NCBI GenBank assembly: GCA_963766735.1 | Contig: CAVYBU010000027.1 | Location: forward strand, 59,363 to 123,362 | Direction of reading: 5' to 3' | Length of the DNA stretch: 64,000 bases | Source of the DNA: an uncultured Chloroflexia bacterium | GTDB lineage: Bacteria; Chloroflexota; Limnocylindria; Limnocylindrales; CSP1-4 | Shown: piece by piece, positions 50,141 through 64,000 of the stretch | Layout: each line of letters starts with the position of its first letter | Position numbering within the stretch: the first letter of the stretch is position 1 | Position numbers and translations under genes: made by a program | Notes under the pieces: generated by a model | What the model saw: only the letters and a program-made list of their open reading frames with translations | Database searches by the model: none | Told to the model about the DNA's origin: nothing

Positions 50141-51195
50141 CCGCTCGAATGTATTACGACGCCGATGCCGATCCGGCGGCGCTCGACGGACAGACCGTCG
50201 CGGTCATCGGCTACGGGAGCCAGGGCCACGCGCATGCCCTCAACCTGCGTGACAGCGGCGTGAGCGTCGTCGTCGGCCTGGCGGCGGGCTCCAAGAGCCG
50301 GTCCCTGGCGGAGGCCGCGGGCCTGCGGGTGCTCGACACCGCGGACGCGGTGAAGGCCGCCGACGTCGTGATGATCGCGGTCCCCGACACCGCCCAGAAG
50401 GCGGTCTACGACGCCGACATCGCCCCCAACCTCAAGCCGGGCTCGCTCCTCATGTTCGCCCACGGGTTCAACATCCGCTTCGGGCGGATCCAGCCCGACG
50501 CCACCGTGGACGTGGGCATGGTCGCGCCGAAGGGCCCCGGGCACCTGCTGCGGAGCGTGTACGAGCAGGGCGGCGGCGTGCCGGCGCTGTTCGCGGTCGA
50601 GCAGGACGGTACCGGGACAGCGCGCGCGCGGACCCTGGCCTACGCCCGCGGTATCGGGTCCACCCGGGCGGGCGTCCTCGAGACGACGTTCAAGGAGGAG
50701 ACCGAGACCGACCTGTTCGGGGAGCAGGCCCTGCTCTGCGGTGGCGTGTCCGCCCTGGTGAAGGCCGCGTTCGAGACGCTGGTCGAGGCCGGCTACCAGC
50801 CCGAGCTCGCCTACTTCGAGACGATGCATGAGCTCAAGCTGATCGTGGACCTCATGTACCGCGGCGGCCTCAACTTCATGCGCTTCAGCGTCAGCGAGAC
50901 CGCGGAGTACGGCGACTACGTCTCCGGCCCCCGCGTGACCGAGGGTTCGAAGGCGGCGATGAAGGACGTGCTGACCGACATCCAGAGCGGCTCGTTCGCA
51001 ACCCGCTGGATCGCGGAGCAGGAGTCCGGCGGCGAGACCTTCGCGAGGCTTCGCCAGCAGGATCACGATCACCAGATCGAGCAGGTCGGTGCCGACCTCC
51101 GGGCGAAGATGCCGTTCCTCAAGCCGGTGGTGGTCGAAGCCGGTCAGGCCCAGGCAGTGGCCAGCAGCGCTCCGTCGGGGGAGGGTGGACGATGA
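50137..51195 (+). CDS. ilvC: Ketol-acid reductoisomerase
   Basis: [27 protein letters not shown]. Confidence 0.97.
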   Translation: MTARMYYDADADPAALDGQTVAVIGYGSQGHAHALNLRDSGVSVVVGLAAGSKSRSLAEAAGLRVLDTADAVKAADVVMIAVPDTAQKAVYDADIAPNLKPGSLLMFAHGFNIRFGRIQPDATVDVGMVAPKGPGHLLRSVYEQGGGVPALFAVEQDGTGTARARTLAYARGIGSTRAGVLETTFKEETETDLFGEQALLCGGVSALVKAAFETLVEAGYQPELAYFETMHELKLIVDLMYRGGLNFMRFSVSETAEYGDYVSGPRVTEGSKAAMKDVLTDIQSGSFATRWIAEQESGGETFARLRQQDHDHQIEQVGADLRAKMPFLKPVVVEAGQAQAVASSAPSGEGGR

Positions 51196-52831
51196 CCTTC
51201 GAGGCCACGCACCCGCGGTTCGGCGGGGGCATTGCGGCCGGTTCGGTCCGCATCTTCGACACCACCCTCCGCGATGGCGAGCAGGCACCCGGCGCCGGCC
51301 TGACGGCGGCCGAGAAGCTGGACGTCGCACGCCAGCTCGCACGGCTGAAGGTGGACGTGATCGAGGCGGGCTTCCCGTCCGCCTCGCCCGGTGACTTCGA
51401 GGCGGTCCGCCGGATCGCCGAGGAGACGAAGGGTGGGATCGCGGTAGCGGCCCTCGCCCGCTGCAAGGACGGCGACCCGCAGCGCGCCGTCGAGGCCATC
51501 GGGATCGCCGAGCGTCCTCACCTGCACCTGTTCATTGCCACCAGCGACATCCACCTCACGCACAAGCTGCGCATCTCCCGCGAGCAGGCCCTCGCCGAGG
51601 CGCGGCGCTGGGTGCGCTGGGCGCGCAAGACGCTGGGCCCCGATGCGGAGATCGAGTTCTCCGCCGAGGACGCCTCGCGGACCGAGGACGCGTTCCTGCT
51701 GGAGGTGTACGAGGCAGTCGTGGAGGCCGGTGCCTCCACGGTGAACATCCCGGACACGGTCGGCTACGCCATCCCGGCCGAGTTCGGTGCCCTGGTCGGC
51801 CGGGTCGTGGACCGGGTCGGGCGCGACGCGACGGTCAGCGTCCACTGCCACAACGACCTGGGGCTCGCCACGGCGAACACCCTGGCCGCCGTGCAGGCGG
51901 GCGCCCGGCAGGTCGAGGTCACGATCAACGGCCTCGGCGAGCGGGCCGGCAACGCCTCCCTGGAGGAGGTCGTCATGGCCCTTCGGACGCGCCCCGGGCA
52001 GTTCCCGGACCTCGCGGCCGCGGTCCAGACCGAGCAGATCACCCCGGCCTCGCGCCTGGTGTCCTACCTGACCGGCTTCGCGATCCAGCCCAACAAGGCC
52101 ATCGTCGGCGCCAACGCGTTCGCCCACGAGTCCGGCATCCACCAGGACGGATTCCTGAAGAACCCGCTGACCTACGAGATCATGACCCCGCAGTCCGTCG
52201 GGCTGTCCGGGAGCACCCTGTCGATCGGCAAGCTGTCCGGCCGGCGCGGGCTCCAGGGCAAGCTCCGGGAGCTGGGCCAGGAGGTGGCCAGCGACGAGCT
52301 GGACGAGATCTACCGGGCCGCGGTTGCGCTGGCCGATACCAAGAAGGAGGTCACGGACGCGGACCTGCTCGCGCTCGTCGAGCAGCAGAAGTCGGACGTG
52401 CCGCGGTCCATCGAGCTGCTGGGCTGGAGCATCAGCTCCTCGTCCGGCGGGCACTCCGCGGGCAGCATCTCGCTGGTGGTCGCCGGCCAGGCGAAGGCGG
52501 GTGACGCCACCGGAAACGGCCCGGTCAACGCGCTGTACAAGGCCGTCGACGAGGCGATCAAGCCCGTCCTCGGCTGGTACCTGGTCCTGACCGAATACGA
52601 GATCAAGGCCGTCTCCGGCGACGGCGATGCGCAGGGCCAGGTGATGGTCCGGGCCCGCCGCTCGTCCGACGAGGGCCCGGGGGCGCTCGTGGTCACGGGC
52701 CACGGCCTGTCGACCAACATCATCGAGGCCTCGCTCGAGGCGTACCTCGTGGCCGCCAACAAGCTGCACGGCGCCGAGATCAACGGCATCCAGGTGCCGT
52801 TCGTCGGCCGGACAATGGGCGAGGAGCTCCC

Positions 52832-52835
<4 letters not shown>
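51192..52835 (+). CDS. leuA: 2-isopropylmalate synthase
   Basis: [33 protein letters not shown]-terminal regulatory domain. Confidence 0.95.
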
Positions 52836-55643
<2,808 letters not shown>

Positions 55644-55647
<4 letters not shown>

Positions 55648-56189
55648 CCGATCCGACCTCGACCTCCGCCGATCCAGACCCGATCCGGCTCGGGCGCTGG
55701 ACGGTCACGTCCGGGAGCAACGTCAACAGCCGCGCCGCTGTCGTGCTCCAGGCCGGCAGCCACGACTGGAAGGCGTCCGCGGAGGGCAACGGGGCCGTCG
55801 ATGCGCTCCTCCGCGCGGTGGACGGGGCCCTCGTCGACATCCTCGGCGGACACCCGGTTCTGATCGCGTACGACGTGCATGCCTTGGCCGAGGGGCCGGA
55901 CGCCGAGGGGCGGGTGACCGTCCGGATCGCCCCTCCGGCGGATACCGAGGGGCCGCGCTCCGGCGGGAACTACGCGGGCGAGGTTGCCAGCACGAACATC
56001 GTGGCGGCCTCGGTCGAGGCCTACGTGGACGCGCTGAACGCGATGCTGGCCGATCCATCCTGGTCGGGGGCGGCGGAGGCGGCCGGGTCCCGGCGGGGCC
56101 GCGGTGCCGGCGCGGATCCAGGCGGCACCGTCGCGGAGTTCGACGACGACGCCCGCCCGATAGACACGACCGAGTGGTTCAACCGCTAG
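55644..56189 (+). CDS. Stand-alone LeuA/CimA allosteric (regulatory) domain protein
   Basis: GNGAVDAL, YDVHAL..DAEGRVTV and STNIVAASVEAY align by eye to the C-termini of adjacent LeuA and CimA; GTGA coupling to cimA. Confidence 0.85.
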
Positions 56190-56247
56190 GCGGCGGCCTG
56201 CCCGGGGCCGTCCCAGTTCCGGCGCCGGCCTCGCGCCCACCGGTCCA

Positions 56248-57090
56248 GTGCCCGCCGTCGCGTCCGGCGGTCTGCCGCCCATCGATGCCGAGGCGTTCAA
56301 CGCGTTCGAGGCGGCCGGCTGGGAGGCGCGCGCCGGTTCGTATGCGTTCCTGCGGCCGCTGACGGCCCGTGTGGTCGGGACGCTCCTCGCGTGCGCCGGC
56401 GTTGCGGCAGGCCACGAGGTGCTCGACGTGGGCAGCGGCCCGGGAGACCTGGCCGCGGCGGCCGCCGCGCTTGGGGCGGACACCGTGGGCATCGACGTCG
56501 CGCCGTCCATGGTCCGGCGGGCGGCCCTCGCCCATCCATCGATCCCGTTTCGGGTGGGGTCCTTCGAGGCGATCCCGGCCGGGGAGGGGGCGTTCGACGC
56601 CGTGGTCGGCAACTTCGTGCTCAATCACGTGGGCCGGCAGGAAGCAGCCCTGGGCGAAGCGATGCGGGTCCTGCGGCCCGGCGGCTGGCTGGCGCTCTCC
56701 TCGTGGGATGATCCGCGACGGAACCGTGTCCTGGGGTTGATGCTTGATGCGGTCGTCGAGGCCGAGGCGCCACCGCCGCCCGGGTTGCCGGCTGGTCCCA
56801 CCAACTTCCGAACAGACGAGGAGTTGCGCGTGCTGTTCACGAATTCCGGGTTCGAGGACGTGGGCCTCGGCCGGGTCATGTTCGAGGCGATGGTCCCGGA
56901 CCTTGACACGCTGTGGCGCGGGGTGCTGGATTCGGCCGTCCGGATCCCGCCGCTCGTGACGGCCCAGCCGCCGGATGTCCAGGCCCGGATCCGCGTGGCC
57001 TTCGACCGGCTGGCGGACGTCCACCGGCGGCCGGACGGGCACTATGCGATCCCCGTTTCGGTCCAGGTGGCACGGGGCCGCCGGCCATGA
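56248..57090 (+). CDS. Class I SAM-dependent methyltransferase
   Basis: VLDVGSGPG, FDAVV, RVLRPGG. Confidence 0.9.
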   Translation: MPAVASGGLPPIDAEAFNAFEAAGWEARAGSYAFLRPLTARVVGTLLACAGVAAGHEVLDVGSGPGDLAAAAAALGADTVGIDVAPSMVRRAALAHPSIPFRVGSFEAIPAGEGAFDAVVGNFVLNHVGRQEAALGEAMRVLRPGGWLALSSWDDPRRNRVLGLMLDAVVEAEAPPPPGLPAGPTNFRTDEELRVLFTNSGFEDVGLGRVMFEAMVPDLDTLWRGVLDSAVRIPPLVTAQPPDVQARIRVAFDRLADVHRRPDGHYAIPVSVQVARGRRP

Positions 57091-57956
57091 TCGATCGCCC
57101 ATTCCGCGTGGCCTATACCGGGGAGCCCGGTGCGTTCGCCGAGGAGGCAGTGCTGCGGTTCTTCGCCTCGCCCGAGGCCGTGCCGGAGTCCTCGTTCCGG
57201 GCCGCCTTCGAGGCCGTCCGCGACGGCTCGGCCGATGCCGGCGTCGTCCCGGTCGAGAGCTCCCTGCTCGGGACCATCCGGGAGAACCTCGACCTGCTCT
57301 ACGAGTTCGACCTGCCGGTGGTAGGCGAGGTGTCCGTTCCCGTGCAGCTGGCCCTGCTCGCCCTGCCGGGGGAGCGACTGGAGACCATCGAGCGCGTCTA
57401 CTCCATCTCCGCGGCGCTGGCCCAGGCGGACGACTTCCTCCGGTCGCGCCCGTGGACGATCCAGACCACGTACAACACGGCGGGGGCAGCGAAGCAGATC
57501 GCAGATCGAGGGGAGCGCGGAGCCGCGGCCGTCGCGTCAGCGCGCGTCGCTCCGATCTACGGGATGGAGGTCATCGCCGACGGAATCCAGACCGGCGACG
57601 CGAACCGCACCCGGTTCCACGTGATCGCGCGGCCCGGCGACGGGCCGGCGGTGCTGGCCGCAGCTCGGGCCGAAGCCGTGGCCGGGCCGCTGCGAACGTC
57701 TCTCGTGTTCGCCGTGCGCAACGTGTCGGGGTCGCTGTACCGCTCGCTCGGGGCGTTCGCGACCCGCGGGATCAACATGATCCGCCTGGAATCACGTCCC
57801 TGGACGAAGCTCGGCTCACGCTGGGAATACCTGTTCTGGGTGGACCTGGATGCGGATCCCGCATCGCCCGCGTGCGCCCATGCCATTACCGCGCTCCGCA
57901 GCGAGACCCAGGTGGTCCGAATCCTGGGGACCTACCCGCGCGCCCCCGAGGACTGA
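57087..57956 (+). CDS. pheA: Prephenate dehydratase
   Basis: GEPGAF, VPVES, NRTRF, ACT domain with RLESRP. Confidence 0.9.
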   Translation: MIDRPFRVAYTGEPGAFAEEAVLRFFASPEAVPESSFRAAFEAVRDGSADAGVVPVESSLLGTIRENLDLLYEFDLPVVGEVSVPVQLALLALPGERLETIERVYSISAALAQADDFLRSRPWTIQTTYNTAGAAKQIADRGERGAAAVASARVAPIYGMEVIADGIQTGDANRTRFHVIARPGDGPAVLAAARAEAVAGPLRTSLVFAVRNVSGSLYRSLGAFATRGINMIRLESRPWTKLGSRWEYLFWVDLDADPASPACAHAITALRSETQVVRILGTYPRAPED

Positions 57957-58009
57957 GCACCCGAGGACTGATCACCGGGCGCAACGCTCGGCGAGGGAGG
58001 TTGATTTCA

Positions 58010-59665
58010 GTGGACGACGCGTTCAGGACGGCGATGGCGGCGGGCTATGCGTTTGACGAGCCCGTCATCGTGTTCGGCTCGCCCATCATCGGCGACGAGG
58101 TTCTCCCCGAGGTCCGTGTCCAGGTCCCTCTCTCCCGCATCAATCGCCACGGGCTGATCGCCGGAGCCACCGGGACCGGCAAGACGAAGACCCTCCAGAT
58201 CCTCGCCGGCCAGCTCTCCGACGCGGGCGTTCCTGTCTTCGCGGTCGACGTGAAGGGCGATCTCTCCGGCGTCGGCGCGCCCGGGGACGGCACCAACCCC
58301 AGGATCGCCGAACGGGCCGCCTCCCTGAACTTCACGTTCCAGGCGGCCGGTCACCCCATCGAGATCCTCTCGCTCTCGGGCAAGGTGGGTGCCCACGTCC
58401 GCGCCAGCGTGTCCTCGTTCGGCCCCCTCCTGCTGGGCAAGGTCCTGGACCTCAACGAGACCCAGACCTCGATCCTGTCCATGGTCTTCCGCTACTGCGA
58501 CGACCAGGACCTGCCCCTCCTGGACCTCGCCGACCTCCGGACCACCCTCAAGTTCCTCGGTTCGGACGACGGCAAGGCCGTGCTGGAGGACCTGGGCGGG
58601 ATCAGCTCCGCGTCGCTCGGCGTGATGCTGCGGTCCATCGTGACCCTGGAGCAGGAAGGTGCGGGCGACTTCTTCGGCGAGCCCGAGTTCGACGTGGACG
58701 ACCTGCTCCGGACCGGCCTCGACGGCAGGGGAGTGATCACGCTCCTCGAGGTCGCCGATGTCATGGACCGCCCGCGCCTCTACTCCACCTTCGTGCTCTG
58801 GATGCTCGCCCAGCTGTACGAGGGGCTGCCCGAGGTGGGCGACCAGCCGAAGCCCAAGCTGGCCTTCTTCTTCGACGAGGCCCACCTGCTGTTCGATGAT
58901 GCCTCCGAGGCGCTGATGGACCAGATCGAGCGGACGGCGCGCCTCATCCGCTCCAAGGGCGTTGGCGTCTACTTCGTCACCCAGGCACCCACGGACGTCC
59001 CGTCGCCGGTCCTCTCCCAGCTCGGCAACCGGGTCCAGCACGCCCTGCGGGCATTCACCCCCGACGACGCCGATGCGCTGCGCAAGACCGCGCGGACCTT
59101 CCCGATGACGGACCACTACGACGTGGAGCGGACGATCACGTCACTCGGCATCGGAGAGGCACTGGTCACCGTCCTCTCGCCCAAGGGAGTCCCAACCCCG
59201 CTTGCCGCCACCCGGCTCCTGCCGCCGGACTCCCGGATGGCCCCACTCACCGAGGCCGAGATCGCGTCCGTCGTCGCAGCGTCGCCGCTCGCCGCACGCT
59301 ACGGGCAGGCCGTGGACCGGGAGAGCGCCCACGAGATCATCACGGCCCGCCTGGCCACCGCGCGCGCCGCCGCCGCGACCGCGACCGCCGCCGGACTCCC
59401 CGCGACCGGCGACAGCCTCGAGACGATGACGCCGGCCCAGCAGCGGCGCGCGATCGAGAAGAGGGCGCGGGAGCTGGAGGCCGCCCGCCGGGCGGCCGAA
59501 CGCGAGCGCAAGGCGCAGGAGCGCGCGACCAAGGCCGCCGAGCGCCAGCAGCAGAAGACGATGGAGACGGCGATCCGGACGGCCGGCCGCGTCGCCACGT
59601 CGAGGGCAGGCCAGTCGCTGATCCGCGGCGTGTTCGACACGATCTTCGGCGCCGGCAAGCGCTGA
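58010..59665 (+). CDS. DUF853 / HerA-like (YjgR-type) ATPase
   Basis: RHGLIAGATGTGKTKT, FFFDEAHLLF, RSKGVGVYF, GNRVQHALRAF. Confidence 0.9.
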   Translation: MDDAFRTAMAAGYAFDEPVIVFGSPIIGDEVLPEVRVQVPLSRINRHGLIAGATGTGKTKTLQILAGQLSDAGVPVFAVDVKGDLSGVGAPGDGTNPRIAERAASLNFTFQAAGHPIEILSLSGKVGAHVRASVSSFGPLLLGKVLDLNETQTSILSMVFRYCDDQDLPLLDLADLRTTLKFLGSDDGKAVLEDLGGISSASLGVMLRSIVTLEQEGAGDFFGEPEFDVDDLLRTGLDGRGVITLLEVADVMDRPRLYSTFVLWMLAQLYEGLPEVGDQPKPKLAFFFDEAHLLFDDASEALMDQIERTARLIRSKGVGVYFVTQAPTDVPSPVLSQLGNRVQHALRAFTPDDADALRKTARTFPMTDHYDVERTITSLGIGEALVTVLSPKGVPTPLAATRLLPPDSRMAPLTEAEIASVVAASPLAARYGQAVDRESAHEIITARLATARAAAATATAAGLPATGDSLETMTPAQQRRAIEKRARELEAARRAAERERKAQERATKAAERQQQKTMETAIRTAGRVATSRAGQSLIRGVFDTIFGAGKR

Positions 59666-59785
59666 CGGCCTGCCACGGTCGCCGCCGCTGACGGCGCATG
59701 ACGATCAGCGTCCGGGTGTCGATCGTGATCCCGCAGACGTCGGGTCTGGCAGGCGAGACGAGGGCGACCGGCCCGAGTTGGCGGG

Positions 59786-59830
59786 TTGACGCAGCAGGCT
59801 CGCCCGCTTAGCATTGCCGATCATGCTAAG
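59786..59830 (+). promoter_or_regulatory. Sigma70-type promoter and palindromic operator of the TA pair
   Basis: TTGACG (59786) - 17 nt - TAGCAT (59809); perfect inverted repeat CTTAGCAT-N8-ATGCTAAG (59807-59830) covering the -10 and ATG. Confidence 0.8.
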
Positions 59831-60128
59831 TGTCAAGGTCAGCACCAAGCACCAGATCGTCGTGCCAAGCGAGGCGCGGTCCCGCTTGGGGATCGAGCCC
59901 GGTGATCGGCTCGAGGTCGTCATCACCGGCGAAACGATCGTGATGCGCAAGCGGCCAGCACGTGCGTCGGACCGGCTTCGGGGGCTGGGAGCCGGCAAAG
60001 GATGGTACGAACCGGATCCCGATACCTATCTCCGCCGACTCCGAGATGAGCTGGAGGCGAACCTGGATGACCGGGAGGCGTTGGTCCATCGCCACGCTGG
60101 TGGCGACCCACAATCGGATCGCCCTTGA
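59823..60128 (+). CDS. AbrB/MazE/SpoVT family antitoxin
   Basis: VKVSTKHQIVVPSEARSRLGIEPGDRL. Confidence 0.88.
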   Translation: MLSVKVSTKHQIVVPSEARSRLGIEPGDRLEVVITGETIVMRKRPARASDRLRGLGAGKGWYEPDPDTYLRRLRDELEANLDDREALVHRHAGGDPQSDRP

Positions 60129-60540
60129 CGCGAACATCGTGATCTACCTGGTCGAGAACGCCGAGCCCCACGTTGAGCGGGCGGCTGCCGTGATCGACGC
60201 GATCGCGGAGCATGGTTTGCGGGCCACGATGGCAACACTCGGTCAGGTTGAGATCCTGACCGGTTCGGCGCGAACAGGAGACCAGGTGGTCTTCGAGCGG
60301 GTGGCGGAGGAGATCCGGTCGATGGAGATGCGGTTCGAACCGCTGACCGAGGCCATCGCGGAGGATGCGGCATGGGTCCGCGGCCAGGGCCGGCTGAAGC
60401 TCGCCGACGCCATCCACGTGGCCAGCGCGCGGGCGTCGGGAGCCACGGCGCTGATCACGAATGACCGCCGCATCGGCGCGCCCGCAGGCCTCGAGGTGTT
60501 CTACCTCGACGATCTCACGCTCGAGGAGCCGCTGCCCTGA
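60067..60540 (+). CDS. PIN-domain (VapC-family) toxin
   Basis: ALDANIVIY, E, LADAIHVASA, ITND. Confidence 0.88.
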   Translation: MTGRRWSIATLVATHNRIALDANIVIYLVENAEPHVERAAAVIDAIAEHGLRATMATLGQVEILTGSARTGDQVVFERVAEEIRSMEMRFEPLTEAIAEDAAWVRGQGRLKLADAIHVASARASGATALITNDRRIGAPAGLEVFYLDDLTLEEPLP

Positions 60541-60649
60541 TCACGATGGCGGAGTCGGCTCGGCCAGCCCGGCAACCGGGCGCGCAGCGTTGTCCCGGGC
60601 GCCGCGACCAGCGCGCCGCCGCGAACGTCCGTCGCCCACACTGCGCGAC

Positions 60650-61826
60650 ATGGACATGACCCTCACCCCCGGGCAGCGCGAGCTCCGCGACCGGGCCCGC
60701 TCCTTCGTCATCGACGTCCTCCAGCCGCACGAGGCGGAGTTCGAGCGCAACCGCGGCGCGCTGCCGCCCGACGCCCTTCGCGAGATCAGGCAGCGCGCGA
60801 TCCAGGCGAACCTGCACGGCGGCAACCTGTCCAGGGCCGCGGGCGGCCAGGGCTGGGGCGCCCTGGAGCAGGTGCTCGTCCACGAGCAGTTCGGCCAGGT
60901 CACCGGTGGCATGTGGGGCTACATCCCCGGCGGCTACAACGCCCTGGCGCATTGCTCGGCGGAGCAGCGGGCGCGGTACCTGGACCCCTGCCTCCGCGGC
61001 GAGCGCAACGGCAGCTACGCGATCACCGAACCCGGACAGGGCTCCGACGTCCGGACGCTGGCGTCAACGGCGGTCCGCGACGTGGCGACCGGCGACTACG
61101 TCCTCAACGGCGAGAAGTGGTTCGTCACGGGCGCGCCCGACACGGACTTCATGATCTTCCACTGCCACCTGCTCGATGACGACAGGCGCCTGCCGACCCT
61201 GTTCCTGGTGGACTACGACGCCCCCGGCGTCGTCCTGAGCCACGATCCGGACTACACGCACACCTTCGCGGACCGCCACCCGCAGTTCGTGCTGACCGAC
61301 GTGCGCGTGACGGCGGACGCCGTCCTCGGCGGGATCGGTCGAGGCGGACCTGATGACCAACGAGTGGTTCGTGGAGGAGCGGCTGCACATCGGGGCGCGG
61401 TGCACAGGGGCGATGGAGCGGCTGCTCACGCTGGCCGTGGAGTGGGCCACGGGCCGGATCCAGTTCGGCGAGCGGATCTACGACTTCCAGGGCGTGAGCT
61501 TCCCGCTGGCGGACTCCGCCGCCGATGCCTCCGCCGCACGCCTCCTGACCCGCGAGGCGGCCACGATGATGGACGCGGGGGCGGACCCCAAGGTCGTCCA
61601 TGCGCGGGCGTCCGTGGCCAAGCTGTTCGCGTCCGAGGCGGCGTTCCGGTGCGCCGATCGCGTCGTCCAGGTCTTCGGGGGCCGCGGCTACATGCGCGAG
61701 TTCCCGGCCGAGCGGTACCTGCGCGAGCTGCGCGTGGACCGGATCTGGGAGGGCACCTCGGAGATCCAGCGCCTGGTCATCGCGCGGGCGCTCGAGAAGC
61801 GCGGCGTGAACGCCGTCGTCGGCTGA
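60650..61826 (+). CDS. Acyl-CoA dehydrogenase; apparent +1 frameshift near 61340
   Basis: AITEPGQGSD and LNGEKWFVT in one frame; RIQFG, GGRGYMRE and RIWEGTSEIQR in the next. Confidence 0.88.
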
Positions 61827-61832
61827 CCCATC

Positions 61833-64000
61833 GTGCGTCCCGAGCCCGCGCGCGAGATCGATCTCCGCCCGCTGTTTGCCCCGCGGTCCATCGCGGTCGT
61901 CGGCGCCAGCCCGCGCGGCTGGCTGGCCCAGGTCGTGCGCGACAACCTCCGGGTCATGGGCAGTGCAACGCGCTGCCACTTCGTCAACCCGAGGTACACG
62001 GAGGTGGACGGCTCGCCCTGCTGGCCGTCGCTCGACGCCCTGCCGGAGCGGCCGGACACGGTGATCCTGGCGGTCAACCCGCTCCGGGCGGCCCAGTTCG
62101 CGCAGGAGGCGGCCGACGCAGGGGTCCCGTCGCTGGTCATTCCCGGAGGCGGCGTCGTGGAGGGGGGCGAGGCGGCGGCGCAGATGCAACGCGATGTCGC
62201 GGAGATCGCCGTCCGTCACGGGATCGCGCTGCTGGGGCCCAACTGCATGGGCATGATCGACTGGACCACCAACAGCACGAACTACATCGGGGACGTGAAC
62301 CCGTGGATGCCCCGGGGCCACGTGGCAGGGCTGGCGCAGTCGGGGAGCGTCACGGACGCGTTCATCCACTCGCCGGGGACCCGCATCGGCTACAGCCGGA
62401 TCGTGTCGGTGGGCGCTGAGGCCGTCCTGGACATATGCGACTACCTCGCCTACTGCCTGGACGACCCCGAGACCCACGCCGTCATGCTGTTCCTGGAGGG
62501 GTTCAAGCGGCCGGAGCGGTTCCTCGCCCTCGCGGACCGGGCGCTGGCGATGGGCAAGCCGATCCTGGCCGTCAAGGTTGGCCGCTCGCAGCAGGCGCAG
62601 GACGCGGCGATCGCCCACAGCGGGAGCCTGGCCGGAGAGGACCGGGTGACCGATGCCGCGCTGGAGGCTGCCGGGGTCATCCGGTGCGGCGACCTGGACG
62701 AGCTGCTGGAGCAGGCGGAGCTGATCGCCGGCATCGGGCGTTTGGGCCGCCGTGTGGGTCTTGGCAGGACGGGGGCAGTGACCGTCTCGACCGGAGAGGC
62801 CTCGCTGATCGCGGACCTGGCGGAGAGCACGGGGCTGGACCTGCCGCCGGTTCCCGAGGGTGCCCGGGAGGCGATCCTCCGGGACCTGCCCACCATGGGC
62901 TACATCGGCAACCCGCTGGATCCCTGGGGCGCGGCGGACGCGCCGGTCGCCTATCGGGCCTGTTTCGAGGCGATGGCGGCATCCGGCGCCTACGACGTGC
63001 TGGCCGCGGTCCACGACAGCCCGTTCCGGGACCTGCCCAGCGAGGTGGAGGTCGCCCGGGACGTGTCGACGGCCCTGATCGATGCGACGGCCGACCGACC
63101 GGACCTGCTTCCCGTCTACATCTCGCTCACGTCGGGCGACGTCAGCGAGGAGACCAAGGCGACGCTCGACGCGGCGGGCGGGATGCCGATGCTCCGCGGC
63201 GCGGTCGAGGCCTGCCTGGCGATCTCGCGGATGGCCGAGTGGGAGCGACGCCGGGATGCCCGGAAGCCGCGGATGGGCCGCGGCGGCCCGGCTGGCCGGC
63301 GCTCGTCGCCGACCACGTCTCGTGGGGCCGGGATGCGACGCTCGACCCGCTGGCGCGTGCGGCAGCAGTCGCCGCCGCCGGTCGCCCCCGCGCGCTACCG
63401 GAGCGGGAGAGCCTCGAGCGGCTTGCCGCGGCCGGCATCCCCGTGACCGCGTTCCGGGCCGTTGCGGCTGAGGAGGACGCCGTCCTGGCCGCGTGGCGGG
63501 AGCTGGGCGGCGGTCCCGTGGCCCTCAAGCTGGATGCGGAGGGTCTCGCCCACAAGACCGAGGCCGGCGGCGTTGCCCTGGGCCTCGGTGACGAGGAGGC
63601 AATCCGGGAGGCGGTGCCGGCACTGGTCGAAGCCGCCGCGCGGGCCGGCGCCACCCTGCGCGGCCTCCTCGTCGAACCGATGGCCGCGCCCGGCGTGGAG
63701 CTGATCGTCGGCGGCCGGCGGGACGCGGTCTTCGGGCCGGCCGTGCTGGTGGGGCTGGGCGGGATCCTGGCCGAGGTCCTGGACGACGTGGCCGTGATGC
63801 TGGCACCGGTGGGCGAGGCGGAGGTCCGCCGCCGACTCGAGCGGCTCCGCGCTGCCCCGCTCCTGCGCGGGGTCCGCGGCCGTCCCGGCGTGGACATGGA
63901 CGCCATCGCCGCGCTGGTGAGCGCCGTGGCGCAGGTCCTGGTGGATGACCCGGCGATCCTGGAGATCGACCTCAACCCGGTGATTGCCGGCCCGTCCGGT
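61833..64000 (+). CDS. Acetate/acyl-CoA ligase (ADP-forming) family, CoA-binding + ATP-grasp; frameshift near 63265; runs off window
   Basis: PRSIAVVGAS, LGPNCMG, AHSGSLAG, NPLD; next frame has VALK..AHKTEAGGV, VEPM, D.VFGP, EIDLNPV. Confidence 0.88.

Noticed and set aside
58010-60540. HerA-based anti-phage system with a PIN effector
   Set aside because: The ATPase is the widespread DUF853/YjgR type with no Sir2, NurA or DUF4297 partner; the TA pair has its own promoter

Overview
High-GC (~70% by eye) chromosomal window of mostly housekeeping and metabolic genes. Gene content and style suggest Chloroflexota (possibly Limnocylindria-like), but that is an inference. In order: an aa3-type cytochrome c oxidase operon with divergent ctaG; Ser/Thr dehydratase and a DksA-like gene; copper proteins (YHS, cupredoxin, CopA with a CsoR/RcnR-like operator); ferredoxin; proC and proline dehydrogenase; 2-oxoacid:ferredoxin oxidoreductase flanked by CBS proteins; an MFS-cNMP fusion; fabD-fabF-fabF; a branched-chain amino acid supercluster (ilvD, leuCD, ilvBNC-leuA-leuB-cimA) with a Leu-rich attenuator; pheA; a DUF853 ATPase; an AbrB-VapC toxin-antitoxin pair; acyl-CoA enzymes. 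I saw no rRNA, tRNA, CRISPR array or transposase. Six apparent single-base indels look like assembly errors. Best leads: (1) two unannotated 31-34 aa hydrophobic peptide genes 5.5 kb apart, both ending in [D/E]GAKRW and both behind operator-rich upstream DNA, which could be an undescribed small-peptide signalling or regulatory family; (2) a free-standing LeuA/CimA allosteric-domain gene coupled to cimA; (3) an unusually long Leu/Val leader peptide plus terminator before ilvB.
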